DNA of 64,000 nucleotides from the NCBI RefSeq assembly GCF_036321535.1, contig NC_087440.1, positions 1,860,001 through 1,924,000 on the forward strand, in the 5' to 3' direction. The notes under the pieces were generated by a model. It saw only the letters and a list, made by a program, of their open reading frames with translations. It was not told the DNA's origin and searched no databases. Origin of the DNA: Camelus dromedarius. Taxonomy: Eukaryota. Positions 12,506 to 23,925 of the stretch are shown here, one piece after another. How positions within the stretch are numbered: position 1 is the first letter of the stretch; every line of letters starts with the position of its first letter. Made by a program: the position numbers and the translations under genes.

Positions 12506-13021
12506 TGTGAACAAAGAATGTCACCTACTGTATTAGCAAACAGTGGATGTTGTGGCTATCATGCTATCAGCCACTACAGCTCCCCACTTCCCAATTTTTA
12601 CCCTGAGGGGAATGCAGGATGGAGATAAACAGGTTACTGGCCCTAGGTACTTAAGGTGCATATCAAAGGAATAATTTCATTAAACCCAGACACTTGTACC
12701 TTCCTATACATAGAAAAGCGCCAAACTCATTAACTTGAAACGTCTGTTTTTTTTTTTTAAACAAGCTGTAATCTTTTGATGCTGGACTACCCGGGTGTTT
12801 TGTTTTGTTTTGTTTTGTTTTGTTTTGTTTTGTTTTGTTTTGTTTTGTTTTGTTTTTGTAAGAACTCCTATATATTTTGGCTCCTACCTTACCTCTTTGT
12901 AACAACAGCCCCTCAGAACTATCTTAGAGCCTGTATCCCAGGCTTACATCCTCAGTAATACCCCAAATACAACGTAATTCTCAACTTTTAGGTTGTGCTT
13001 TTTTTAAATTTTCATTTGGCA
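12506..13021 (+). mobile_element. 5' LTR
   Basis: Starts TG (tgtgaacaaagaatgtcacc), ends CA just before the PBS; aligns with the 3' LTR. Confidence 0.8.
12796..12855. repeat. (TGTTT)12 microsatellite inside the 5' LTR
   Basis: Directly visible; the equivalent site in the 3' LTR has a short imperfect (ttg)n. Confidence 0.95.
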
Positions 13022-13025
13022 GTTT

Positions 13026-13043
13026 TGGTGACCACGAAGTGAC
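13026..13043 (+). other. Retroviral primer-binding site, tRNA-Arg type
   Basis: TGGTGACCACGAAGTGAC, 2 mismatches to TGGCGACCACGAAGGGAC (complement of a tRNA-Arg 3' end, from memory); 4 nt after the LTR end. Confidence 0.75.
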
Positions 13044-16000
13044 CCAGAGCACTCTTCTCCTTCACCTGAACTCTATGAGAAACCAGAGCCTTGGTACCAG
13101 CAGAGGCCTCTTGTGCCCATCCTCCTCCTTTGGAGAGTCCAGATGAATTTGGGTGAGTCTCCCCTGTTTTCGAAGCTCCTGATTACTGGTTGATGATCCT
13201 GAGTTGTATTTGGCCGTGTGTAACAGGTATCTGGCTCCCTAGTTGAAAGACACTGAACGTTGCTCGGTTGAGCGACACCGAGCTGTCTGGCCTGGATGAG
13301 AGGCTGGCCTAACATCTTTCCTAAATGAGGGGTGTCAGAAAGTTGGCCTCCAAATAACACCCAAGCCAGATTTATGTATGTACAAACTTAATTACAAGTA
13401 CTTACTTATTGGGAATTAAAGGAAATTTCTCCTTGAAAATGGGCAGTATGGGGCTCATTTATTGTGTACGCAGTTAAGTTAGAGAAAGACAGCTTGGTAA
13501 ACATTTTTTCATAATTCTGACCTTAAAGAAACAAAAGCCCTTCTAAGGGAGAAGTTGGATTTCTCTCCCTGTGTCTTTGAGGTGACAGTGTTCTGCCTGG
13601 TCTTCTTAGGTGTTTATGTGTGTGTGATTTGAGAGTTTGGTCTCTGTCATCCAGAAGGTACACACATGGGTATATTTGACAGCAAGTGAAATAGGCTGAG
13701 ATTCTGAGCGGTTGTTTTTTATTTGTCTGTTTGTTTTTGTTTTTGATCTGGTTGTGCCAACTCTCAGGGAAATTTGTCATACAGCGTTCCAGCCTAGAAG
13801 GGGCCTTTGTCGTCTTAACCTTCATTGCACCCACCTGTAAATGAAGGCTTTTTTTTTTTTTTTTCTCCCCCTTAGACTGTTTTTAGGAGTAAACTTTCTA
13901 GATCTAGTGAAGGCTACATCTTTTGCATTTTTTATGGGGACACCTCTTGTTTCTTACTGGTCTGAGTTGCTATTAAAATATTACTCATCAGTGGTCAGAC
14001 ACTGGATCCTTTAAATTGGAAAAACTTCTGAACCGGTAAATTTATAGCTGTTTTATTGGTACCTATGAAAAAAACAAATTAGATGGTGGGAAAAAATATA
14101 TATGTAAAACTCTCTTAGTTTAAAAACAAACAAAAAACAAATTTGAGAAGCGTTATTTGTGGTCTCTGCTTCCCCTCAGTGGGTCTTACAGATGCTAATA
14201 AAAACATTAGGATAATTAATGTTAATTAGGTTTATTAACAGGGAAGTAAGAAAACACTGAAGAGATAGTCTAGAGACTTCTTCCTAACAAGGTGGAAGTT
14301 TTAAAGGGACTTGTCCCAAAAGGATAAAGAAATCTTTAAATGGTTATTAAGAAATGGGATAAATAAAATGGACATTAATGGGATTAAAACAAAAGTTTTT
14401 GATACAACACAACTTAAGACTGGATGGGCTAAAGGGACCCCGTATTGGTCCCCAGCATTAAAGGGCACCAAACAAATCTCCTAAAAAATAGTATTTATCT
14501 ATTAAAAAATAAATAGATATTTAAAAGGCTGGAAGAAAATTACGCTGATACCCGACCAACAATTACTTGGGACAACAGTGAGGCCAATTAATCAAATTGA
14601 AAGATTGACAAAAGGGCCTGAATCCCTTCACTTGGGGACCCCAGAGCCTTTTAAATAACAATAGATAAAATGATGGAGGGATTAAAAGAAAAGAAGGCTT
14701 CTAGGACTCCCTGTAAGACCAAGGCTTGTTGATGGGATCCTAATGGAAACTAAAGTTAAAGGTATGAAAGTTGATAAAATTGAAATGGGTGCTTATAAAA
14801 ATTGGTATGTTTAAATGGGCTTTATATAAGATGGTTACATCTCTTTTGCCTAATTATATTGTGGGATAGACATTATGTCTCCCTGGGGAATGCTTCCCCT
14901 GACTGGTATTATAAGACAGAGCATATTTCCCTGCGCCTGAGACAATTAATTAAACATAGTAGAGGAAACCAGTGGGGTGACCTGAGCCTGTACAATGTAA
15001 AGTAAAAAAGGGGAGCTAATAATCTGAGTTTAACCTGTACACTCAGAAAGAGGACGTTTTTGAATGCCTTGTGCAAACTTTTGAAACCATAATAAGTTGA
15101 ACCCTAAAGTTCCAGAACATAGGATTCTTGATTTTCAGTTTAGTTGGAAATCTTCTCATTGATATATAAAAAAAAAAAAAAACCAAGTTAAAATATACTT
15201 GGGCAAATCAATCTTTTAATACCATTTAGGCAGCAGACCGGGTCTTTGGGGACTGAGAAGCAGCTGTCTTTGTCCTGCACATTTCTACAAATCAGAAATG
15301 CAAATACAGCCCACAAAGACCTGAGCCTGAGCCTAATTAGCTCAATCAGATAGAACCTGAAACCAAAGGAAGAAAAGGCCTTTTTAAACTCAAAACTGGA
15401 AAGGCTCCCTCACCCAAAATGTAATTTATAGCCGTCTTAAGAGTTTATCAAGGACAAATACAAGTCTTAAAAATCTATTCTACAAATGGCGAAGCCTTAG
15501 TCATCTGAGCAAGCAAATTTAACTTACTCTGTTATTTATAAACTACTGTGTTTATACTGTAATACTTGATTCATAATTAAGTTTTAAAGCTGTGAAATCT
15601 CTAGTTTTGTCTGTTTATAGGGCTGTGTGTATATTATACATGAGAAATGTCTCTCCCTCTGGAAAACATTATCAAAATTAAATTTATAAAGGCTTTTTAA
15701 TTGACTTAACAATAAGCTCTTGCAAATTAAATATTTCTAAATATAAAAGAAACTGGCAAGAATGAATTTCAGGTCCACATGATCTAGGAAATATTCAATA
15801 TTAAATTAATATCTGGTATTAAACTAGCTTAAGCTTGTTGGTTTGATCAATACAGATATGTCTTTACTTTCATTGTATCTGGGTTTGCTAGAAGTCAGTA
15901 AGTTTCTGTTATTTCTGTTGCAGTTGTCAGCAAGAAAAAAGCACTTGGCATGATATTTTCACAAGTTATAAAATAAAGGTAAATGAGATAAGCATTTTCA

Positions 16001-17225
16001 GGTGAACTTTTTAGGAATAGTTTTGCCTTGGGTATATCTATCTAAAATAGTTTCTCCAGATTTTTGGTAACTTGAAACTTTAGAGTTTTGCTAAATTCAA
16101 TTAAATAATGGGAATTCATTGAATATCCAGGTCATTTCAAATAAGACAAAATACTGAAACATTAGTTACTAAACAGGTCTACGTTTACCTATTTATTCTT
16201 TCTTTGAGAGGAAAACTAAAGGTGTTTGGGGTTTATTAGACATATGCTTTGTACTACATTGAGAAAAGAAATTATGCTATGAGAAGATGTATGTTTCTAG
16301 AGGTTATGGAATATTACTAAATTTGCCAAGCAGGAAATGCTGGTATGACAAACAGGTCACAATTACTTGCTGCTTGTCGGCTTTCCCTAGAGATTAACGG
16401 TTTTAAGGGTTAAAATTGTAATATGTAAATAAACCTACCTGAAATAATAAAGGAAACATTTCAGTAAGCAAGGAAGGTAAGATTTGTGTTTTCAGCAAAA
16501 GAAGGTATGGGGGACTGGAAATGTATTTTGTTAAGGGGAATGAATGATTTTGTCCTAAAGCTGGTTATTTCAAATGGAAAAGAAAAATAAGAGATAAACT
16601 AATATAAATATAGAAAGTTTGGAAGGTTTGTGAAAAGGGAGCCCTTTGTACGAAAAGGCTGGGATTGGATTAAATTTAATTAAGTACATGAATTTTGTTA
16701 CTGAGTGTGGATAATGCAGGACTAGAGTTCCATTCTCTCTCAGTTCAGAGAACAAAGCTTTCTTGGAGTGTTGAGTTACTTTTGATAACTGTGCATTGTG
16801 AGTTTCTTTGCCTTCTAAACGGTCTGTGTTTGACTTAAAAATCTTTTATTGTCACTCTGGTTGAATAAATAAGTATTGTTTCACTAGTGACCTATGGTCC
16901 TCTTTGATCAAGTGTTTTAAAAATCTTTTGATAGCTTTGACAAATTTCCCCTAGACAGATTCTAAATGAAGTTCCTTTGACCTCTAGCTAACTTTGGGAT
17001 TCTTCAAAGGGCGTCTGAATGCCAAAGAGAGAAATACTAAACTAATTAGGCTTACTGGGTATGCTAAATTACTTGAGAAGTATTGTCAAGTGATTGGAAA
17101 TAAACCTTCTCAGGTTATATTGTACCTATAAATGTCATTAATATAGATATTCCAGAATTTTATGGAATTCCTAAAAGTCTGACTTGTCCTGGTACGTTAC
17201 CAGTCATAATTCTAGTGATTATCTT

Positions 17226-17402
17226 TTTTTTTTTTTTTGACTAAAAGATTTATTCAGAGAGGTACATACTCCATAGACAGAGTGCAAGATGTCTCAGAAG
17301 GCAAGAGAAAGGCCATGAGGTGCCTGGTTGGGTGTTTAGTTTAAAGTAAAAGTAGATACACAGTTACACACTCCATAGAGTGCAGGCCATCTTGGAAGGC
17401 AC
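17226..17402 (-). mobile_element. 177-bp polyadenylated retroposed insert with a 14-bp TSD
   Basis: TSD ctagtgattatctt at 17212-17225 and 17403-17416; poly(A) 17226-17238; AATAAA at 17249-17254 on the minus strand. Confidence 0.9.
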
Positions 17403-17960
17403 CTAGTGATTATCTTAAAATGTTGTATGTCACAGAAACATCCGAATTTCTTGTCACTTTCATTTTAATCAGATCCTTAACCATGCCAGTTTAAGTCTTT
17501 AGTCTTTTATAGACAGTCATTGTTTTATTGTGATGCTTTTATAAAATGAAGATCTTTAAGAAGATTCATATAAAGGACATTTTGACAAATAGAAGTTTCT
17601 GATAACTTTTAGAACCAGTTAAGAAATACGAAACTCTAATGGAAAACCTGATGATATCATCCAGATCAATAGGAATCAATAGGAATTAATTACATGGGAC
17701 TGAATGAACCGATAAGTATGATTTATTTTATAACTTTCTTTCTGAAATAATCTGGCTTTTAATCTTTGTTTCCCAGAAAACCTTTCCTCTTAAGCTAACT
17801 ATGACCTATAGCAAGTTGATAAAGTATGCCTTTGTAAGTGAGGGTGAAACATTTATCTTTTTCTCTCTGCCTGATCCCTCCAGAATTTGGCTTCTGTAGC
17901 TGACTCCCCCGTGGCCCTGAGGGCTTATTGTGACCTGATTACAACTAGTTATTCTGGTCA

Positions 17961-18120
17961 TTGTTTTTTTGTTTGTTTTTAAATTTTTTTTTGTTTTTTG
18001 TTTTTTTGGGGAAGTAGTTAGATTTACTTATTTATTTTTAGAGGAGGTACTGGAGATTGAACCCAGGACCTTGTGTATGCTAAGTATGCGCTCTACCACT
18101 TGAGCTATATCCTACCCCCC
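17961..18120 (-). mobile_element. tRNA-derived SINE (camelid vic-1-like)
   Basis: Minus strand reads ggatatagctcaagtggtagagcgcatacttagcatacacaaggtcctgggttcaatctccagtacctcc plus an A-rich tail. Confidence 0.9.
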
Positions 18121-18597
18121 AATCGTTGTTTTAACTTGTTGCTTACGAATTATTTATGCATCATGCCTCTCTCTGCTGAACCATGGCTTTATTAAGATTA
18201 CTAGCTGAATTACTTATATCCTGTCTATTTTTTGAGATTGTTGTCTCTTCATTACCCAATGTGTAACTAGGTCTCCATCAAAATTAATTTTGGCTGAACA
18301 TTTTGAGGCAGTCAATCATATATATAACTCTACATGGAATCATTTTAATCGTTGAACTCTAGGTATGGAAAGAAGCAAAAAAGGAAAACATTTCCTGGGT
18401 CATAATAGACTAGTAAGACAGGGGATCTGGGGAATTTTAGATTATCAACAAGGCCCGATCCAAAAATTAGCACATTGACTCGCTTATCAACAGAATCTTC
18501 GTCTGATCTAGGAACAAGCCTCCCTAGTGCCATTAGACAAAATTGGTCATGAAATGTCTCGCAAATGTTGGTTGAATTTATGACTGAGAGGAGGTAC

Positions 18598-19047
18598 TAT
18601 GGACTAAGTGTCACCTGCCATATCAGTAAATAAAGGACGTTGAGACCATCAAGCCATCAGCCGCTGTAGCTGCCCGGCCCCAGCGGTGTACCCGGGGAAC
18701 TCTGGCTGGAGATAAACAGGCTACTGGCCCTAGATAGTTAAGGTGTATATCAAAGGAATAATCTCATTAAGCCCAGACATCTTCCCATATATAGAAAAGT
18801 GCTAAACTCATTAACTTGAGATGTCTGTTTTTTAACTAGCAGTAATCTTTTGATGTTTGACTACCTGGGTTTGTTTTTGTTGTTATTGTTGTTGTTGCAA
18901 AAACTCATATTGTGGTTCCCCCTGTACTTCTTTTGGACAAAAACTCTTATATATCCTGGCTCCTCCCTTTCCTCTTTTGGACCAGTCCTGCAGAACTATC
19001 TCAGAGGCTATCCCAGGCTCAAGCCCTCAGTAATGCCCTAAATAAAA
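18598..19047 (+). mobile_element. 3' LTR (homologous part)
   Basis: Follows purine tract gagaggagg (18586-18594); aligns to the 5' LTR up to aaataaaac. Confidence 0.8.
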
Positions 19048-19089
19048 CAGGATGCAGGATGCAGGATGCAGGATGCAGGATGCAGGATG
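19048..19089. repeat. (CAGGATG)6 heptamer repeat
   Basis: Six exact copies. Confidence 0.95.
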
Positions 19090-19235
19090 TCCCAGCCTGC
19101 ACTGGGGAGATCTGTCTGTGCCCTTTCCCTCAAGGATATCCCTTAAACCTAATAAAATATTTTTCTTGTGTGAAATTCTTTAAACTTCCCCCACTTTCCC
19201 TCTTTTTATTTTATTTTATTAGTATTTAAAAAGTT

Positions 19236-19390
19236 TTTGTTGATTTTTTTTTTTTTTTGCCTTTTAAATTTTTTTTTTTGAGGGGGAGGAGGTAATTAGG
19301 TTTATTTAGTTATTTTGGTGGAGGTACTGGGGATTGAACCCAGGACCTTGTACATGTACTCTACCACTGAGCTCTACCCTCCCCTCTCCC
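19236..19390 (-). mobile_element. tRNA-derived SINE (camelid vic-1-like)
   Basis: gaggtactggggattgaacccaggacc...ctctaccactgagctctaccctcccc; flanking tttaaaaagt duplication. Confidence 0.9.
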
Positions 19391-19929
19391 TCATTTTAAA
19401 AAGTAAACTTTATTTCTTAGAGCAGTTTTAGGTTCACAGCAAAATTGAGCAGGTAATCCCTCATTTTTGACTTTAATTCTCACATCCACCCCACAAATAG
19501 GTAAGACAGGTGTCATTCACATTTAGATTACATTTAGAATGACATAGTAGCAAACAGACCCCAGTGCTAACTGAAGTTTTCTGATCTTTTAAGCCCCAGG
19601 CACTTTCTCTTGATTCCAACAGAGTGCCTTCACAATCTTTCTAAATCTTTCCTCCCTAAGCATGGAAACTACACCACCTCTCATTCTTAGAGCTTAGAAA
19701 CAAGTTTGAGAAGTTCTCCCATTTTCTCCCTTGAATGCAGGGGCTCACGGTGAGCCCATCTGTGTCCCTGGTGAAGGGTCTATCTACCCTCTCAGGCTCT
19801 GGCGGAGGCAGTGGGACCCAGAACTTGTACAATGCCCAGATAAGCTTCTTAGAGGCGAGCATTAGTGGGATTGGATATCCTTCCCCTGAGATGCCCTTCA
19901 CACCTGACCCTGCCTTGAACTAGGATTCC

Positions 19930-20054
19930 ATAGGGGAGCTGGGGGCAGGAGAATGGGGTGTTCCCTGCTGTCCAGCTTCAGGCCCACTCTTTGAGACCCT
20001 GGATTCTGACAAGTTTCCAGAACCGAGAAGATACCCCGATGTCCAGGTTTGAAG
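19930..20054 (+). other. SLC24A1: Candidate non-coding exon 1 of a proximal (retinal) SLC24A1 transcript; 5' end approximate
   Basis: Donor AAG|GTAAAT at 20054/20055, 1.85 kb upstream of the first coding exon; CRX-type TGATTAG at 20065-20071. Confidence 0.4.
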
Positions 20055-21927
20055 GTAAATGATGTGATTAGGTAGGAGGGATCAGCTAGGGTGTCAGCTC
20101 AGCTCTGTTATATAACTCAGGCACACCAGAAAGAGATAGTCTCCGAAGTTTCCTTAGGAGATTCAGTGTTGAGTTTTTGGCAAGGGACAGGGTGGACAGG
20201 GAGATGATGAAGACAATTACAGGAATCGAGGACAAACAAGGAAGTTCACTTATTCCATACTTCTCCCTTTGCTTGCCCCTCTTTTGCTCTGTAAGACAAT
20301 TGTATTTGGATGGCTCACTGGTGTGGTATGCTGGAGAGACTGAGGCATTAGATAGCTTACCTGCACTGCCGCTCACTCGCTGTGTAATGTTGAGCAAGTC
20401 ACGTCTCCTCTCTGGACCTCAGTTTCTTCATGTCTCTCAAATAAGGAGTTGCACTAAACAGTGTCAGTAATTCCTTGCACCTTTAATGACCTAAGATTCT
20501 ATGGGTTATTTATCTCATTTCTCATATATTACTTAAAGGCAAAACCAATCATTCAGTTATTGTTTTGTAATCATCTGTGGACATTTATTAGAGATTTAAT
20601 ATTTACTTAGGCTGGGTTTCTGTCCCCTCTATTATAAATGGAGCTTTCTTTGAGAGCCTTAAATGTTCTTCCCTCCTGTGTCCTTATGTAAGATTAACCC
20701 CTAATGGGGCATTGATTCTGTACAATTCTTTTCACAGACCTTATACGTTTACACTCTCCCAACGTTCCTGTGACATAGGTATTGTTATTACTGTTGTTAT
20801 CTCTATAAAATTTAAGTTTAAAATATTAGGACATGCATGTGATGAAAAGTTTAAATGGTTAAACTGAACAATAGCATATACTGAAAACTGAAGTCCCCCT
20901 CTGATCCCTGACCTTAGTTTCCCTTTTCTAGATGTCCTTTGAGAGATAATCTTTGCATAATCAACGCATATGTTGTCATGCTCACTTCACGGATAAGGCA
21001 CTGAGGTTCAGCCTTTCCAGGGTGACACAGCTAGTAAGCCTCAGAGCTGGCAACCCAGTCTTTGAGAACTTGTTTGGGGGTTATAGCAGGGGAGTGCAGC
21101 TGCTCGTTTACCCTTGACTAAGAACGGTCCTCCTCTATCAGGGAAGGCTGTGCTTTTTGACCGAGTGCGCAGCTTCGGGAGGGATGCGCATGGAGTGGTG
21201 AGGGAGGAAGGGGACACCCGCCTGGCCAGCCAGATCAGCCGAATCAACTGTGTTGATCAACGGGGTGTCAGCTGTTGCAGCCAGATTGCCCTCACATCCG
21301 GGAACCCAGTCTTTGACTCTGTTCCCTGTGTTCCTTCCACAACACCACACTGTCTGGGAAACTTCTTTACATTAAGCTTTGTTCTCTCTGGATGTTGGTG
21401 GAATCATGTAAGTCAGTCCAGTAAAAACATGTGGAGCTTGATGTCTGTGAAACTGCCTTCTACTGCTGCCTCTTTTTGTCTAAAGCTTAAAATCATGTCT
21501 CTTTGCTTCCCTTTTGCCTTTGATAAGATGAGATTTGTGACTTGGAGCACCAGCTACAGATGACTGAGCTTCTAGCAACTCGGGCTTGACCTGAGGAGTG
21601 TGGGCAGAGAGATCTCTTGCAGGGAGCCCAGAGTGGGCTGGGTGGACCCAGCTCATGAACCAGGGCTGCTGGCATGCCTACATGGCAGAGAGGACCCCAA
21701 GATGCCCTTTTCCCATGAGTAGGCATTGCCTCCCTGGAGTAGAGGGCAGGGGTTGTTTTGCTCCAGCAGGAACAACTGCCTTCCACCACAAAGGTCTCTG
21801 TGTGGATTGTCGCTCTTCCAGATGAGGGTTTGGTGAAGCCCAGCTCTCCTTTTAGAGGCAAGTAACCTCTTCTTTTTTTTTTTTTTTTTTAATTTCTAGG
21901 TTTGTGGATACCCCCTGGCCTGGTTTC

Positions 21928-22017
21928 ATGGAGAAATCTCTGATTACTAATCTGAATCCCAGAGCAGCCCCCATCTTTCAGTGGACAGAACGAGAGGCCT
22001 TCTGTAACCAGACGTAA
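21928..22017 (+). other. Upstream ORF, 29 aa (MEKSLITNLNPRAAPIFQWTEREAFCNQT*), in frame with SLC24A1
   Basis: ATG 21928 with G at +4; TAA 22015-22017; exon acceptor tttctAG| puts the exon start at 21900. Confidence 0.8.
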
Positions 22018-22026
22018 CTGGCCATC

Positions 22027-23925
22027 ATGGGGAAACCGATGAGGATGGGGGTGCAGGAGAGGCGGCTGCTCTGGCCGAAGCGGGTTCACTGGAGTCGCCT
22101 CCTCTTCGTATTAGGAACATTGATCATCGTTTCCACCTACCAGCACTTCAGGAGCCCCCGGGGCCTCCCCTCACTGTGGGCAGCAGTGTCTTCCAAACAC
22201 CCTATAAAACTAGCCAGCCGGGACCTCCCCAACAATGAGATGATGGTGAGCAGTGACCCTCCAAAATCTAGCTTTGAAATAGAGGGTGAGACACAGACAC
22301 CCCAAGCCACAGTGGGCAGAGATGGAACTACACCTGGCATAACAATGGAGCACACCCCCAGGACACCCAGAAGGACAACCAGCATCACTCCAACAATACC
22401 CAAGAACAACTACAGCCCAGCAACAACAAACACAGAAGGAGTGAAGGAAAACGCCCCAGCCACACCCAGTGGAGTACTGAGTCACTACAGCCCAACTGCA
22501 AGCAGACCAGTAGTAAAGAATCACAGCCCAGCGACACCCAGGGGAGAAATGAAGAGCTACCGCCCAACTCAAGCGAGGAGAAAGGTGAAGAAACACACCC
22601 CATCCCCACCTGGTAGAGTGGTCAGCAGTTATGCCCCACCCACACTCGTGACAATGACAAGGAGCCATGGGACCACCCCCAGAACAACAGTGAAAGACAA
22701 AGAAATTATGGCAACCAATAAAATACTGGAGACCAACCCCTCCAAGAGAATAGTGGAGGAAACCACCCCAACTCCTCTTAAGGGAATAACTGATAACACT
22801 CCAACTTTCCTGATAAATGACATCGAAACAGACACTTTGACTTCTCCAAGGAGTGTGATGGAGAAGAACACCCAAACTACTTCCAGAAGAGTGGATAACA
22901 ATAACCCAACAAGCCACCAGGGATTAGTGGGAAAGAACAACCTGACAGCTCCCCAAGGAGTGGTCCTGGAGCACACCGCAGCCCTCTCTGAGGGGCAAGT
23001 GACAGTAAGCTCCATGACGGGCAGCAGCCCAGCCAAAACCAAAGCCTCTACTGCTGCCTGGAAGGTTAGGAATCCCTCGTCCAGAACTAGCACACCAACC
23101 ATCGGAATATCCTCAGCCACCGTCTGGGGGCTGGTGAAAGCTCCTTCCACAGCACCCAGCACCCCAGCAACTCCTAGGATCAGGGCATCTCCGACCACTC
23201 AGGTCCGTCACTGTGTGGTTGTGGGGCCAGCCCCAGCTGCGCCTACTGCCCCCTCCCCCCGTCTGACAACGGCTGTGATCCCAGAGGTGGATCCCAGCCC
23301 CAGTCCCTCAGTGCTGCCTCCTAGCCAGCCAGACCTCCACCCCAAGGCAGAGTACCCCCAAGACCTGTTCAGCGTGGAGGAGCGGAGGCAGGGCTGGGTG
23401 GTCCTGCACATCTTTGGCATGATGTATGTGTTTATAGCCTTGGCCATCGTGTGTGATGAGTACTTTGTTCCAGCCCTGGGCGTCATCACAGACAAGCTGC
23501 AGATCTCTGAGGATGTGGCAGGTGCCACATTCATGGCTGCTGGAGGCTCTGCCCCTGAGCTCTTCACCTCCCTCATTGGCGTCTTCATCTCTCATAGCAA
23601 CGTGGGCATCGGCACCATAGTGGGCTCTGCTGTGTTCAACATCCTCTTTGTTATTGGCACTTGTGCCCTCTTCTCACGGGAGATCCTCAATCTTACCTGG
23701 TGGCCCTTGTTCCGTGACATCTCCTTCTACATCTGTGACCTAATGATGCTCATCCTCTTCTTCCTGGATAGCCTCATTGCCTGGTGGGAGAGCCTGCTGC
23801 TGCTGCTGGCCTATGCCCTCTATGTGCTCACCATGAAGTGGAACAAACAGCTTGAGCTCTGGGTGAAGGAGCAACTCAACAAGAGGCCAGTGGCCAAGGT
23901 CATGGCCCTAGGGGACCTCAGCAAG
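22027..23925 (+). CDS. SLC24A1: Rod Na+/Ca2+-K+ exchanger NCKX1, coding exon 1 (633 codons)
   Basis: N-terminal hydrophobic segment, long T/P/S-rich ectodomain, first TM cluster with alpha-1 repeat [17 protein letters not shown]; donor AAG|GTAAGA at 23925. Confidence 0.98.

Larger units (their letters stand above)
12506..19190 (+). mobile_element. Decayed non-autonomous endogenous retrovirus with two related LTRs (ERV1/MER4-group-like)
   Basis: Direct repeats at ~12506-13021 and ~18598-19047 share e.g. ggagataaacagg(t/c)tactggccctag...atatcaaaggaataat; PBS after the first LTR, purine tract before the second; AT-rich internal region without intact ORFs; right boundary uncertain. Confidence 0.85.

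Noticed and set aside
18490-18525. Short resemblance to 5S rRNA (cgtctgatct.ggaa)
   Set aside because: Only ~14 nt match inside ERV internal sequence; the rest of 5S is absent
22137-23595. Several antisense ORFs (90-235 aa) over the first SLC24A1 coding exon
   Set aside because: Expected by-products of a long, codon-biased coding exon; no independent signals
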